Positions 38,001 through 50,929 of a stretch of DNA of 64,000 bases are shown here, piece after piece. Origin of the DNA: Cenococcum geophilum (taxonomy: Eukaryota). The stretch lies in contig CP158636.1 in the NCBI GenBank assembly GCA_050273025.1, positions 3,720,001-3,784,000 on the forward strand, written 5' to 3'. Below the pieces are notes generated by a model that made no database searches, was not told the origin of the DNA, and saw nothing but the letters and a program-made list of their open reading frames with translations. The position numbers were made by a program, and so were the translations under genes. Each line of letters starts with the position of its first letter. The first letter of the stretch is position 1.

Positions 38001-40316
38001 GTTCTGCTAGCGGATAGCCTACGTTATTAATTTAGATGCGGATAGGTATATAGTCTCTTATAAGGGCCTATTCCTTAACTATACTATAAAAATTAACTTT
38101 CCTGTATAGGTCTGGAGATATAAACGTGAGGTTAATTATACTCTCCTATTACCCTTTTTTTTACATAGGTTCTTCTTTTAGTGTGGCGAGTATAAGACCT
38201 CTAGTATCGGTTTTGGCCAAAAGGCGTTTCGCCTGCTCCTCGCTGGCTATATATTTTCCACCCTATATTAGGTAGTAGGCGTTAAAGTCGCCTAGGAGTA
38301 TAATTTCTCCCTTAGCTTCCTTAATAGCCGTTTTAACTTTAGGCTATGTCCTAATTTAAGGGCTATCTCCGTGTGGGTTATAAATGTTAATAATTATAGT
38401 CTCTAGTCCTTTTAGGCGTAACTAAAGAGCTATAATAAAGGGGCCGTACTGTCTGCGTTTCTAGTGCTTGGCGTTAATATTTTAGCTAATTATAAAGCAG
38501 ACCTTTATTATAGGGAGAGCGTTATATATAAGCGTGAATCTCCTAGGGTAGTATGTTAATTTAGTGTACTTATTATATACCGGCTCCTAAACTATAAGGA
38601 CCTAGTGGTCCGCTAGTATAACGCTGTTAAAGAAGGGGTGACATGCCCCTTAGTTTGCATTTCCGCAGTTATACTAAATAATTATATACTTATTTATTTT
38701 AAGTAAATATGGGCTCGTCTATGTCTGTGTTCTATTTCTCTTCGTTTTTACTAGTAATTATTATTACTCTATTAACGCGAAGCTGGAGCCTTAACTATAA
38801 TCTATCTCTACTTGCTTTGTTAATAAAAGATAGTTTACTTAATCCCCGTTTAAGTGGTTATTCTTAAATCCCTAGGTAAGATATTTCCCGTCCTCTTTTC
38901 TTATTAATAATAATTGTGAAGTTTCCTGGTATTAGGGAGTGGTGTGTTATTTCTACGGCTTTTTATATACAGAGTAACTATGTTAAGAGGGCCATCCTCT
39001 TTATTTAGATACCCTTAAGGTAACTCTAAAAGGTCCTATACTTCTTTCTTTACTATGCTTTATAGGCTTTACCGTAGTTAACATAAGATACCCTCTTCTT
39101 AGGGCAATCTGTGGTGCTATATGGTCCCATATATTACCTATATTTAATTTACTTTTTGCACGCGCTTTATATATATCCCTATTAGTTATAATAATAGTAT
39201 TACTTTATAATTAGGCTATTTTTAAATAGCCTAGTCTTAAAAAGCTAGGACTTAATAACTATTCTACTTTTTATAATCTTTTGCTAAATTGCCTAGGTTA
39301 AAACGCCAATTATAATTATTCCTCTAGTCTTCTTAGGTTCTCTCTGGGCGCTATTAAGGTTTACCTAGCGTTTCGCCTGCGCTTTAGGGTTATATAGCTA
39401 TTAGATCTAGCTAATAGTTACCCTAGGCATAAGACGCTTTATAGCTTTATAGATAGATTAGATTAGTTCTAAGTTGTTTATATTCCTTCCGCTATTAATT
39501 AGGGTCTTAAGTGGGACCCTAGGTACTTTTAGGAGGTAGTCTTTCCTTAGTATTTTAAGTCCTGGCGCGTCTGGTCCGTTTAGGATTTAATCCTTTATTA
39601 TTTAGGAGGGGATATAAATATTTACATCCCTACTATTAAGGGTGCGTACGGCGTATACGCTTGGTATTATTCTCTAAATAGTCTTAAGGAGCTCCCCTAG
39701 TTCTTAGCCCTAGGGCTCCTTAAGCCAGACGCGTACGGTCGCTCTCTACGGTATCGCGACTGCGTTTACTGTGCGGGCCGCCTACGCAGTAATAGCTACC
39801 TAGGTCTGGCCTTATGCTAGGGGGACTCCTAGACCTAAGGGTCCTCCTTTACGCGTTTCCTTCTAAATTTCCTTAACACTGGCTTTAATCCGGTTAAGTT
39901 AAGCCTTAGTTTTTTTTTCCTGGGTTATTTGGGGGGCTGGTTGCGTTAAGAGGGCCTTAACGCGTTATATTGCCTCCTAGATGGTAGCAAGTATCTAGTG
40001 CCGTAGAGTTTCTTCCTCCTCTTTTATAAGATCGTCTTTAATTTGTCTAAGTATTTTCTTTAGTTTTTGCCATTACTGGTTAGGCTAGCAGCTATCCTTT
40101 TCGCGTTATTGCCCACCTAGTTTATAGTTCAGCTCCCTTATATCGCGACTTTCGCGACTCTAGCGGGAAGCTTACGCCCCGCCGCCGTCCCCCATGCTTT
40201 ATAGGTGGGGGGCGACGTGGTTTTATGGGGTTTCTTAGTGTGGGGGGTAGGATTCCGACGTTAGATTGCTTTATTGAGTGGTTTTGGGCTAGTTTCGCTG
40301 CTGTTGCGGCAGATTC
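35024..40316 (-). mobile_element. Full-length RIP-degraded Tad1-like LINE inserted in an intron of the recombinase gene
   Basis: 14-bp TSD CGACTATATATATA at 35010-35023 and 40317-40330; (TTA)n 3' tail; ORF1 from ~40196 with Cys knuckles; ORF2 with AP endonuclease (IIQYNCGNAN ~38680) and RT (G.PQGSPLSPIL ~36780, FIDD ~36675). Confidence 0.93.
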
Positions 40317-40330
40317 CGACTATATATATA

Positions 40331-41643
40331 CTAATTTAGTATAAGCCCTCCGCCCTAAAGTTATAAATTATAGGCGGCCGAGAGTATCCTATATAGATGC
40401 CTAGCGCTCTAAAGCGGAAGCTAAATGCGTTTACCTTCTTAATTTTCTGTCTTGTGGATATACTCTTAAAGAAAGGTATATTAAGTATACTTTCTTTCTA
40501 TTATAAATAAAGTATCTCCCCCTTCGGTGGTACTATGTTAAGGAGCTCTTTAATAGTGTTATAGTCCCTAAACGCCTTTGCTATAAGAAGTATGGCTAGT
40601 ATTAAGAGTATAGGGCTGTAAATAAGAGGTATTTTTACTATGCCTTTATATAGAGAGTGTTCTGGTCTGCTAATATAAGAATTAAACCCACTGCTTAACT
40701 TAATAGACTAAGTAGCCTAGCGCTTACCTCTTGTCTAGTATTATAGTTATATTCTTAGCATCTTAAACAATTTAAATAGTAAACTCTGCGTTTCCGTACT
40801 TATTGCGAAATACTATAAAAGTTATATCCTATATTATAACTAGGTTAATTTATTTGCTTACTACGCTATATATATATACGTATTAGGAAAGGGGGGGGGT
40901 TTCCTTGCCTTCTAGTATAAACCCCGGCTAGAACCCGCTTAATAGCTAAACTTAATATACTTACTAACTTATATAGAGGAATAAATAATGGCTATAAGGT
41001 CTGCCTAATTATTTACTTTTATTAATAGTTGTTTATACGTAACTTAATTTGCTGTCTATAGCTACCTTCCTAAATAAATAAAGTGGTTCTTAGTTATAAA
41101 CCTTCTTAGCCTTTTTATAAGGCATTTTTAGTTTATTGGCTAGCGGGCCTTTAATAAACTAAATAAGATTAGACTTTCTAATAAGGAGAAAATAGGGAAA
41201 TATAGTTAGAATATACATTTATAATAAAGAGGGTTATATTTATAGGTATTGCGGTATTAATACGACGCTAGCTAGCTATAAAATCTTTTTAGTACTAGCT
41301 AATAGTATCTAAGGCTGCCGTTAGATTATCTTTAACGCTATTAATACTGTATGCTATATTCTTAATAAAATCCTTTAAGGATACTAGGTTATATAGAGAA
41401 GAACTAGGATTTTCTTTAGCGAATTTATTTAGTAAAGGGTTAGAGCGGGATAGAATCCAACTACTATAGTACGCTAATTATAACTTACTAGTACTATAGC
41501 TCTACCTTTCTAAGATAAGCTTTCTCTGTCTTTAGCTTAAGACGCTTTTAAACTTTAATGCCGTTTATACCCTTTCTGTTTTAGTTAGAGCCCTTTGCCT
41601 TTATTACAGTAAGGAACTTATAAGGGTTCTTCTTTTTTAGTAT
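40331..41643 (-). pseudogene. DUF3435 (Starship captain-type) tyrosine recombinase, 5' part
   Basis: With RIP reverted: MPKKKNPYKFL start (ATA from ATG at 41643); YWKDF.AGWRR (~41290); SSARV.EYIESSCRAGS.RGLY (~40980-40915); RPEHSLY (~40665); GY.RPPTIHDFRAEGLY (literal RPPIIYNFRAEGLY, 40380-40339). Several short introns. Confidence 0.87.
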
Positions 41644-42063
41644 TTTATTTATAAAAAAATGGATAAGATAAGTAGAAGCTAATATAAAAAAGGAAGGGAA
41701 GAGGAATATAGAAATAAGCTTATAGGGACGGATAGGCGAGCTATAGAGTAGCAGGTAAAAAGAGAGAGAGAGAGTGTGTGTATAAAGATGGGATAGAAAT
41801 TAAGTAGTAGGTAAGTAGAATAGAGCGAATGAACGCGACTAGAGGAGATCTTATAATAAGAGATAAGGCACCTCCTCTTTAACTAATACCTTTAGGGACG
41901 CTATGTTATATATAGGCGCAGCTTAGGATAGGCAAATGCTCTATTTTAAGGGAGGCCTAGTTTTAGAAACCCTTTAGGCCTAAAACGCGGCCCTTAAAAT
42001 TATTGTATAGAGTTAATAATTTGTATTAGTAAGGATGTAGCACTTTTAAGGTATAATTAGTTA

Positions 42064-44244
42064 TAGTAAAATCTCCTTAATATAATATAGGGTATATAAC
42101 GATACCCTCTACATAACGATCTATACCCCTTAATTAAGCCTTTTTTGGTGTCATATTACGATAATCTGACTTTTGCCGATATCGTTAAGCACTTACCACC
42201 AATATCGGTATAAGCAGATTTTAATTCGTCAGATTTGACCTTTGCTTACCATAAGTTTAGCCATTAAATCTATCACACAACGATCAAAATCCATTAAAAT
42301 TACCCTTAGATCTTACTCTCTATACTTAATTCTATCTTATTTGCTATAGTAAGACATTAAAATTTTACGAGGCAGCGCCGTTACGGCTTTACTAATTATA
42401 AGTGCTAGAAAATACGCGCCTACTACCAAAAATACGCGCCTACTACCAAAAATACCCCGGTCTACTATAATTAGAGGTTTCTCGCTAAATAAGCAACTTC
42501 TTCCGTTATAATATTAATTAATCCTTAATATTAGAAATACTAAGCGATAAATTCTAATAGCTTAATTAAGCTAAATTATAATATGGGTAAAGCATATAAG
42601 AGCGAAAGAAAGCTACCAAACATCCTCTTTTAGAGGAGGCTCTCTTTAAGTAGCACTAATACCTATAGAACTCTCGCATTCCTATTACTGGCGACCTTAT
42701 ACGTGCTACAGCCACTTAATTATGGCAACGAATACCTATATTAGCGATAACAACTAAGCCGAGGTAGTCGCTTGGCTGGTTGGAAGGCTTTAAATCTCGC
42801 AACGGTATTTATAAGAGAAAGCAGCACGGTAAGGCTGCCTTAGCCAATATGGATAGAGCAGAAGATTGTATAGTAGAGCTTTAAGTAATTATTAAGCCTT
42901 ATTTACTAAAGGATGTTTATAATATAGATAAGACAGGGCTATTTTGGAAGGCTATACTAGACACTATATTAGCTACTAAAGCTCTATTAGGAATAAAGAA
43001 GTAAAAGGCACGAATCTCTCTAGGTAATTGCTCTAATGTAGATGGCTTAGATAAGCTTCCTTTCCTTATAATTAGCTTATTACTAAAGCTATATTACTTC
43101 TCGCGCAATTGCATTAATATAGCCTTAATAAATATTATGTAGAGGCATAATAAGAAGGCCTGGATAATAACGGTAATTATGCTTAAGTAGCTTACCTAGT
43201 TTAATAAAAGGACGTATAGCAGAAAGATATTACTTTTAATTAACGGCTTTAGCGCCTATAAAGCAGCTATTTAAATACTTATTAAGAACGGCTCTCTTAA
43301 GAATATGTACGTAGAGTTCCTTCCTCCTAATTATATCTTAGTATATCAGCCTCTTAATTAAGGGATAATTGCAAACTTTAAGCTGCTCTACTGACGATAC
43401 TGGCTGCGATTTATGGTGGAGGTCTTGCTTTAAGATAAGAATCCAATTAAGCAGATGCATGTCTTATAGGTAATTTAATAGTTAGTTAAAGCTTAAAAGG
43501 AAGTTATACTATAGACGATTAAGAATTGCTTTATTAAATCTACGTTATTTAGCTCTTGTATAGGCCCACGGCCTCACCCTTAAGATTATCTAGATCCTCC
43601 TATAGTTAATAAGATGCAGTAAATGGCAGAACAGCTACTCGCAGCAGGAAGGATTTACACCATAATAAATATTTAGGAATTTATTAAGCTACCGGGTGAG
43701 GAAGTAGAAGATTTGTCTGAGGATCTTATTAAGCATATAGTAAAGCTCTACGCAGGGCCCGATCGCGATGCGGAGACGGATAAAGAAGCTATTAAGTAAC
43801 CTTAAATTAAACTTAATGAGGCGCTTATGGCCTTATAAAAGCTTCGTCTCTATAAGGAGTAGTAAAGCAATTCTAATAGAGACGTAATTACGACTCTATT
43901 AAGGCACGAGCGTTAAATTCAAGGCCGACGACCTTAAAATACCAAGCAGCAATCGATTGCGACGTATTTTAGTATAGCTGATCGCTCAATTACGAGTTCA
44001 CGCATATAGATATATAATATCATTACCTAATTTTGATCTTGGGTGCATTTTATATACAAGTATACAATATAATAATACCCTTGGTATTACATGTAACGTT
44101 TCCCGCCCCAACGTCGCCATTCGGCCAAAAAGACACGGAGTGCTTGCGAACTTGTTCGTAAGCGCGGCGGGATCTAATATATGTACTCTTACATTACAAT
44201 ACGCTCGGCTAAATAAACGGTATCGTACTAAAGAGATTTTACTG
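42064..44244 (+). mobile_element. RIP-degraded pogo/Tigger-like Tc1-mariner DNA transposon (CENP-B HTH + DDE_1 transposase)
   Basis: TIRs (c/t)AGTAAAATCTC... / ...GAGATTTTACTG with TA flanks; transposase ~42346-44010 with HPLLEEALF, GWLEGFKSRNGI, VYN.DETGLFWK and FLPPN....YQPL.QGII. Confidence 0.92.
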
Positions 44245-47200
44245 TAATAAGATAGAGGAGCAGTAACGTAACTAAGCAGCCTAAGCAGCGGGTAAGTCGA
44301 GGGTGCTTGGCGCCTAAGTATAGTGGTAATGCTAACTAACTGAGTCGGATTCCGCTAAGGGGAGTTTTAGTTTATAATTACTATTATAATACTATCTAAC
44401 GACCTAGATTGTCTATATAAACTATATCTTAGTTATCTCTTAACTTATAACTAAATGTTTTATTAAATATCTTATTACCTACTTTCTATTACCTATTTTA
44501 ACTTAGCTATCTAGACTTACCTAATATATATAAAGAGCTTATAGAGCCCTCTTTAATAGACAGAGTTTTTATTCCTAATCGTCTGTTTAATAGTTATAAG
44601 CCTAGGCCATTTACTGTATTATCTTTAATTCTAAAGCCTTTATTCCCATTAATTTTAATTATTATTTTAATTATAGATAACTACCTATAATAACTTCTTA
44701 ATAAAAAACCCCTCCCGTTATTATATTATCCGTTATCCTTATAAGCCTAAATAATTAGGACGAATAGATTAAGGTTATTAAGTTAAAAGCAAATAATAAT
44801 TGTTTCTAGAAGTATGTTAACCTATTAACACCTAAGGCCGATCTACTATAGCTTAAAAAACCTATTCAAGCCTTACCTAAGGATACTAATAGCTAGGGGA
44901 AGACAAAGCTCGTAGAGCTAGATAAGAAGAAGAAGGAGGAGCTCTGTATGCTTAAAGCCGACTATAGGGACAATATAAAGCTATATAGGAAACAGCTATT
45001 AGCTCTTAATACGTTACATAGCTATATCCTAAGCTCTATTTTATATACCTACCTTATCTATATATTTAAATATACAACTACCTATAACGTCTTAGTGTCT
45101 TTTAAGCAGAGAATTACTTTAACTAATAGCGCCTAAAAGCTTTAACTAGCTACCTAGTATATAAGGCTTAAGAAAGCGCCTTAGAACTAGAACTTTAAGG
45201 TCTAGTTATAGGAGTAAGAGATAGTATATACTAAGTGTAAGGAGCTAGATCTACCTAACGTAAACGGTAATTATTTAGTAAAAGACTTTATATATATAGT
45301 TAAATCTATTACACTAAGCTAGTTAGAATATTAGAAGAATTAGCTTAAAAGGCTTAAGTGGAAGAAGAAGACGCTTTTTATCTTTTTTAAACTGGTTAAA
45401 AATATACTAAAACTACCGTTGTACGGAGCTTGCCTAAAAGGGCAAACCCTTATAGGGATCCTTTAGAGTCACCTTTAAGAACGAGTAACTAAATTTAAAG
45501 CCTAAATTAAAGCCTTAATCGTTAGTAGATAAGTAGAAGAAGGAAAGGTAACCGCCGCCAGAGTGCCTATATAGAAAACGTTACTACTTTAATAAGTGCT
45601 AGTATATTGTAGAGTTAATTCCTTATTTATTTTAGTTTAAACTAAGTAATAAAATTTAGAAAAAGGTAAATAAGAAGATTGCTAATATAATACCCGAAAT
45701 TAAGGCAAATTAAAAAGGATAATTAAGCTAAAAAGAAGGACAATCGAGCCAATAAAAAGCTAAAGGATAGCAACTAGTAGAGCTCTTAAGAGCCCTATAG
45801 AAACTTTATAGTTTATTCTATGGGAGCCTATAATATAGCTTCTAATTATAAGCTTTGCAGTAGTATTATTCTTAACTTAGGAACTAGCCTATACGTCTTT
45901 AACAATAGAGCTAGATTTATTAGTAATATTAAGCCTATATTAGAACGCGTCTACATAGGCTTATATATAGAAGAAATTGTAGGCTATAGAATAGCCGTAG
46001 TTACGACTAACTACTTTAAAGGGAAGAGATAGATACAGCTCTTAGAAGCAGCCTTTATACTAGGTTTTTATACTAACTTAGTATATATTAATAAGCTTAA
46101 TAATAAGGGAGTCTATTAAAACAATAAAGAAAATACTCTCTTCTATAGCGATAACGAGACGTATGCCTATTATGGCCACTACTGTAGTTAGAATATAATT
46201 AAATATAATAAGCTAAAAAGAGACTTACTAAAGGCTTTATTTATAACTTAATTAAAGCTAACAAAGCATTTATTAAAGCCTCTGCTAAATTAGGTAGAAG
46301 GCTATATATAGTACTAGCAATTAGGCTATATAGGAAAAGAAGCGATTAAGTAACTACCTTAGTTAGTAATAGACGCGATTCTAAAAGGCCTAATAATAGT
46401 AGAATATAAATTATATAGAGTAAGTAAAGCTTAAGGTAATATCTAGAAGACCTCTAACTTAGTTAATAGTTCCTTTTTATAAAATCTACCTTAATTTAAT
46501 ACCCGGAATAGTCGTGTTTAATAGCGATAAGTATATAGTATACTTCCTTAACGACATAACGCGAATAATAAGGTAGAGACAATGGCTAAGAAGTCGTCCC
46601 TTGTAATATTATTGAACAATAATACGGCTTTAAGGTAGCCATTATCTATATAGATAAAGAGACGTCTCTTATAGGCGAATTTAAGGAATAGGTAGCTAAA
46701 TAAGGAATTACCCTTAAAAAATTAGCACCTAATACTTAATTATAAAACGGTCCAGCGGAAAAATCTAGGGGGGTAATTATACAGAAGGCTCGGTATACAA
46801 GAATTAAGGCCTATCTACTAGAGGAGCTATATCCTAAAGTCTATAAAGTAGCTGCCTATCTACTTAATCGAACGCCTAGTAGAGGACTTAGGTAGTAGAT
46901 ACCTTTAAAAGAATCCAGTTAGCTATAGATATATTACTACTAAACCAAACATAGGCCACCTACGAGTCTACGGCTGTAGGGCCTACCCTCTTAAGTATAA
47001 TATCCTACGCCTAAACAAGCTCGTATTAAGGGCCCATATTAGATATCTAGTGGGGTATAATTTAATAAATATATCCCGAGTTTACATTCTAAGCCTAAAG
47101 AAAGTTATTAGGATAAAAGATATAAAGTTTAATAAGTAGTTGCTTTATAATAACTTATAGCTAAATCTAGCAAATATACTTTAAGTAAGAACTAACCAAT

Positions 47201-47564
47201 TATTAGAAATTATTAATATCCGTTAAATATAGGATCTTTAAAATAAATTAGAATTGTTATCTAATAAAAGCAATAAGACTTAAGACAAGATTTAAGTTAA
47301 TACTAAAGAAAGACGATAGGTAGATTCTGGCGGAAATTAGGGAGAGCCTAATACTAAAAAAAGTAAGTAATAAGATTTAAGCTCTAAAGGCGACTTAGCT
47401 CTAGGGCTTCTTACCTTAGATAAAATACTACAACCTAACTTACTGAAGCCTCTACCACTATCCTTAAATACCTTAGTAAAGAAGCCGTACTATATCCTAG
47501 TTCTAACTAATAAAGCTAAGCTAAAGAAGAAGGTTAATAGCAATATAGGAGAGTAAAACGTAGC

Positions 47565-49668
47565 CTTTTTTTTTTAATATCCAATGTATTATACTACGTA
47601 CAATACTGCGCATGTAGCCTTAGGCTATGGCGCTATAGTTCTATATACATAAATCCTTTCTAGGCAGCTTAATATGTACTAGTAGCTATGTCCTAGTAGT
47701 TTATAAACCCCTAAATTAGGAGTTTATAGTTTCCTAGTAAAATACTAAGATACTATAACTACTAGGGAATGAGAAAATGGTAAGAAAAACTATAAGAAAT
47801 CCTAACCCCTGTCCCTGTCCTTTTGCAATTTATTTCTGTCCTTTTGCTCTCTAATATCTTTTTAAGAGCCTAGTAGGAGTTGCCTCTTTCTAGAATCCTA
47901 TCTGTTTTTATTCTTTTATAGAATCTTCTTCGCGTACTAGTTTAGCAGCTTTAAGAGTCTCGCAGTCTTTACTATTAGCAAAGTGTTTTTCTTTACAATT
48001 AATGCAAAGAGGGGTGGTATGCTGGCAAGGCTTGCCTGTTATTATACAGGTAGAATAGGAATAGTCTTTAGATAAATGTGCAGCCACATAGTATCTGCAG
48101 GCCCTAGTAGAGCACCTATCTCCTACATGGCCGAATTTTTGGCAGCTCGTATACTGTGTAGTAGGAGAGACTTTGAGGTATTTTACTACCTTAGTAGCTG
48201 TACCTGCAATTGATATCTCTTTTTGCTTAAGGATTTCTTGTCTTTTTTCTTCGTTTTCTATAGTAAAAACTATAGAGCCAAATCTGGTCTATGGATCGTG
48301 TCTTTTTATACTAGATAAGATCCATCTAGGTAGTCCTTGTATCCTTATAGGATTAAAGGTCTCAATTTCTTCTTTTAGAAGCCTAGAGCCTCCTTCTTCT
48401 AGGAAAGGTAGGGTAGGAACCCCATGGGCTATAATTTGAACCCATAGTTCTAGTTTTTGTTCTCTTTAAAAGGTAAAGCAATTATGCTAGATTTCCTTGT
48501 ATTTAACTAGGAAATCCGCATTATACTCTTCCGTAGTTATAAGGAGAATATTTTATTTTCCTTTAGTTCTAGCTATAGATGCTAAAACAGGTTTTTTTAC
48601 TTGCAGTTTTAATGCAAATAGTTAATTAACTTTGTTTCGTATAGAGAAGGTATCTAGAGGTTGGTCCTTTTGGTCTATAACTAGGACTAGCTTTCTTTCT
48701 TATAGCTGCTTTTTCTTACTTCTAGTAGAAGTGGAAGGAGTAGGAAATGGTAGTGACGAGGAGGGTAGAGAGGACGAAGTAGGGAGGTCCTTCTTTAGCC
48801 TCTTTGCGTAGGTTTCTTTAATAGGGGCTACCTCCTTACGGAGAGCTCTTACTTCTTCGACCAGTCCTTTTAGGACATCGTTTGTCTTTTCTTTTCCTTT
48901 TGTAAAGGGGTTTTCTCCTGCTAGGACACTACGTGTATAGTCTTCTAGCTGTTTAACTTGTTCCTTTTTGTTTTCTTCTTCTTCTTCTTCTTCTTCTAGC
49001 CCTTTATAGGCCTGGGTTAGGCTATCTAGAGCCTTTTGTAGGTGTTGTTCTGGAGAAAGGGGAGAGAGAGATATACTAGGTATACCAGCCGTAAAAGTCC
49101 TTAGTTTAGTTGTCTTTTTTGCAGGTTTTTGGTTTTCTTTTTCAGTAGAAGACTGAGGATGTCCTCTTTTTTCTCCTGTCTTAAATAGGCTAGGAGAAGG
49201 AGAAGGGGCAGAAAAAGTGAATGTAGATATAGACTTATTATCACTTATTTCTATAGGTTTCTTTTTAGGCCTACCGGGCCTTGGCATTTTGTGTCTTATA
49301 GGGTTTTTTTTTTTTACTATTCTTGCACCCTTTTCTCCTTACTAATCCTACTAGAAGATTTCTGGGGAGATTAGGCTAAGAGGTAGTAGAGAAACTAGCC
49401 CCTATTTTGTAGTTTTGGTATTGGTGGTAGTGGTAATAGTTTTGGTGTTCCTGTCCGTGCCTCGCTTATAAGCTAGGCCACCCTTAGAGAAATTTTTCTG
49501 TTAGGGAAAGGGGGTAAAACGACAAATAAATCTACCTCTAGCTCGCTAGGCAGTGGGAATTAGGTCCTGAAAGTTAGAAAATCGATTGTTTTTGATGGTA
49601 AGATGGGTATGCGTAAGTTTTGGAGTGTGGCGCTACCTTTTGGTAAGGTTGCATGTGTGGTAAAGGTC
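47565..49668 (-). mobile_element. ORF1-only non-autonomous non-LTR retroelement (2.1 kb)
   Basis: 11-bp TSD TAAAACGTAGC at 47554-47564 and 49669-49679; poly(A) tail (T-run 47566-47575); one gag-like ORF; no endonuclease or RT. Confidence 0.88.
47830..49287 (-). pseudogene. LINE ORF1/gag-like protein with N-terminal AT-hook-like motif and C-terminal Cys/His knuckles, broken by RIP stops
   Basis: The 195-aa ORF MPRPGRPKKK... continues past stops into WVQIIAHGVP, CQKFGHVGDRC and CINCKEKHFANSKDC. Confidence 0.85.
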
Positions 49669-50929
49669 TAAAACGTAGCTAAAGGGAAGAGACTTAAAGG
49701 ACGATTAAAGATCTATATAGGCTTTCTTACTAACATTACCAACTAAAGGCTTTTAGCTTAAAGATTAGCCTTTAATATAGGGCTTACATTTTATAAAAAG
49801 CTACACCGTAATTAGCTCCTACTACTACCTAGGAATTAGAAGGAGCTTTAAGGATATTAATATAAGGAAGAGTTTGCGGCTACTACTTAAAAGGAATATA
49901 CAGACCTTTAAAATTAAGGAGCGTTTTAAGTCGTTAATAAGATAATCCATATTAAAACCATACCTATTATTTAGGTATTTATTTATAAGACTAATATTAA
50001 CGGATATCTAATAAGGTTTAAAGCTTATCTTTACGCATAAGATAATCTATAAAAGTTGGTTTATAAAAATACCTATACCGCAACTTTAGTAGTAAGATTA
50101 TTTAGAGCCTTAATAGCTATAGTTATAATATTTAACCTAGACTGCTAGTAAGGTAACGCTATTAATATATTTACAAACAGCGTAATTAACGAGGTCGTAT
50201 ATATTAAGTATTTAGACGGATTTTTAATTAAGGGCAAGTATATACTACCTTAAAAAGCGCTCTATAGCTTACGACGATTACCTTTACTATAGCATGGCAA
50301 CTTAATAATAACGCTAAAAAAGGAAGGCTTAAAGCTAGTAGCAAAGGAGCCTTACCTATATTAAAATGATTAGCTAATAGTCTTCTTCTATATTAACGAT
50401 ATTACAGCCGCCTATAGGAAAAAAGACCTACTTAAGCTCTAAACCTTTAAGGAGCACCTTATAAGAAAGTACGAGATAAAGAATCTAGGTAACCTTACCT
50501 AGTTCTTAAGAATTTAAATTATCCGTAATAGAAAGAATAGAAAGCTCTAGCTTAGCTAGGACTCTTATATTAATAAAATTATAATAAGCTTTAAAGTTAA
50601 AGATTATTATAAGATATATATACTAATAGGCATTAAGGAACTTAAGCCTAATCTAGAGCAAGCCTCTAAGTAGGATACTTACGCCTATTAAAGGAAAGTT
50701 AGATCTATATTCTATGTAGCTAATATTACTTATTTAGATATAGCGAGAATAGTAAACAAACTGTTACAATTCTTATAAAATCCGTTACTAATTCACGACG
50801 CAGCTGCTATAAGGGTAATTGCCTACTTTAATTAAACTAAGACTCTTATAATTAAGTACTTAAAGAAGAATATAATAAACTAGATCTTTGTAAGGGCAAG
50901 CGACGCGTTATTTAGAGATAATTTAGTTA

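Larger units (their letters stand above)
24341..41996 (-). mobile_element. Candidate compact DUF3435 tyrosine-recombinase element (~4.3 kb after removing the nested Gypsy and LINE)
   Basis: Encloses the captain-like pseudogene; imperfect inverted ends ataatttagggcc (24335-24347) and ggcccttaaaattat (41989-42003); shared subterminal motif ctattttaag...ttttag.aacc at 24369-24400 and 41941-41971. Confidence 0.5.

Noticed and set aside
42004..42063. Possible 5' part of the Copia D LTR displaced by the pogo insertion
   Set aside because: There is no second LTR to compare with, so the boundary cannot be supported.
48700..49287. 195-aa ORF as a host gene
   Set aside because: It is the N-terminal part of a LINE ORF1-like frame inside a TSD-flanked, poly(A)-tailed insertion.
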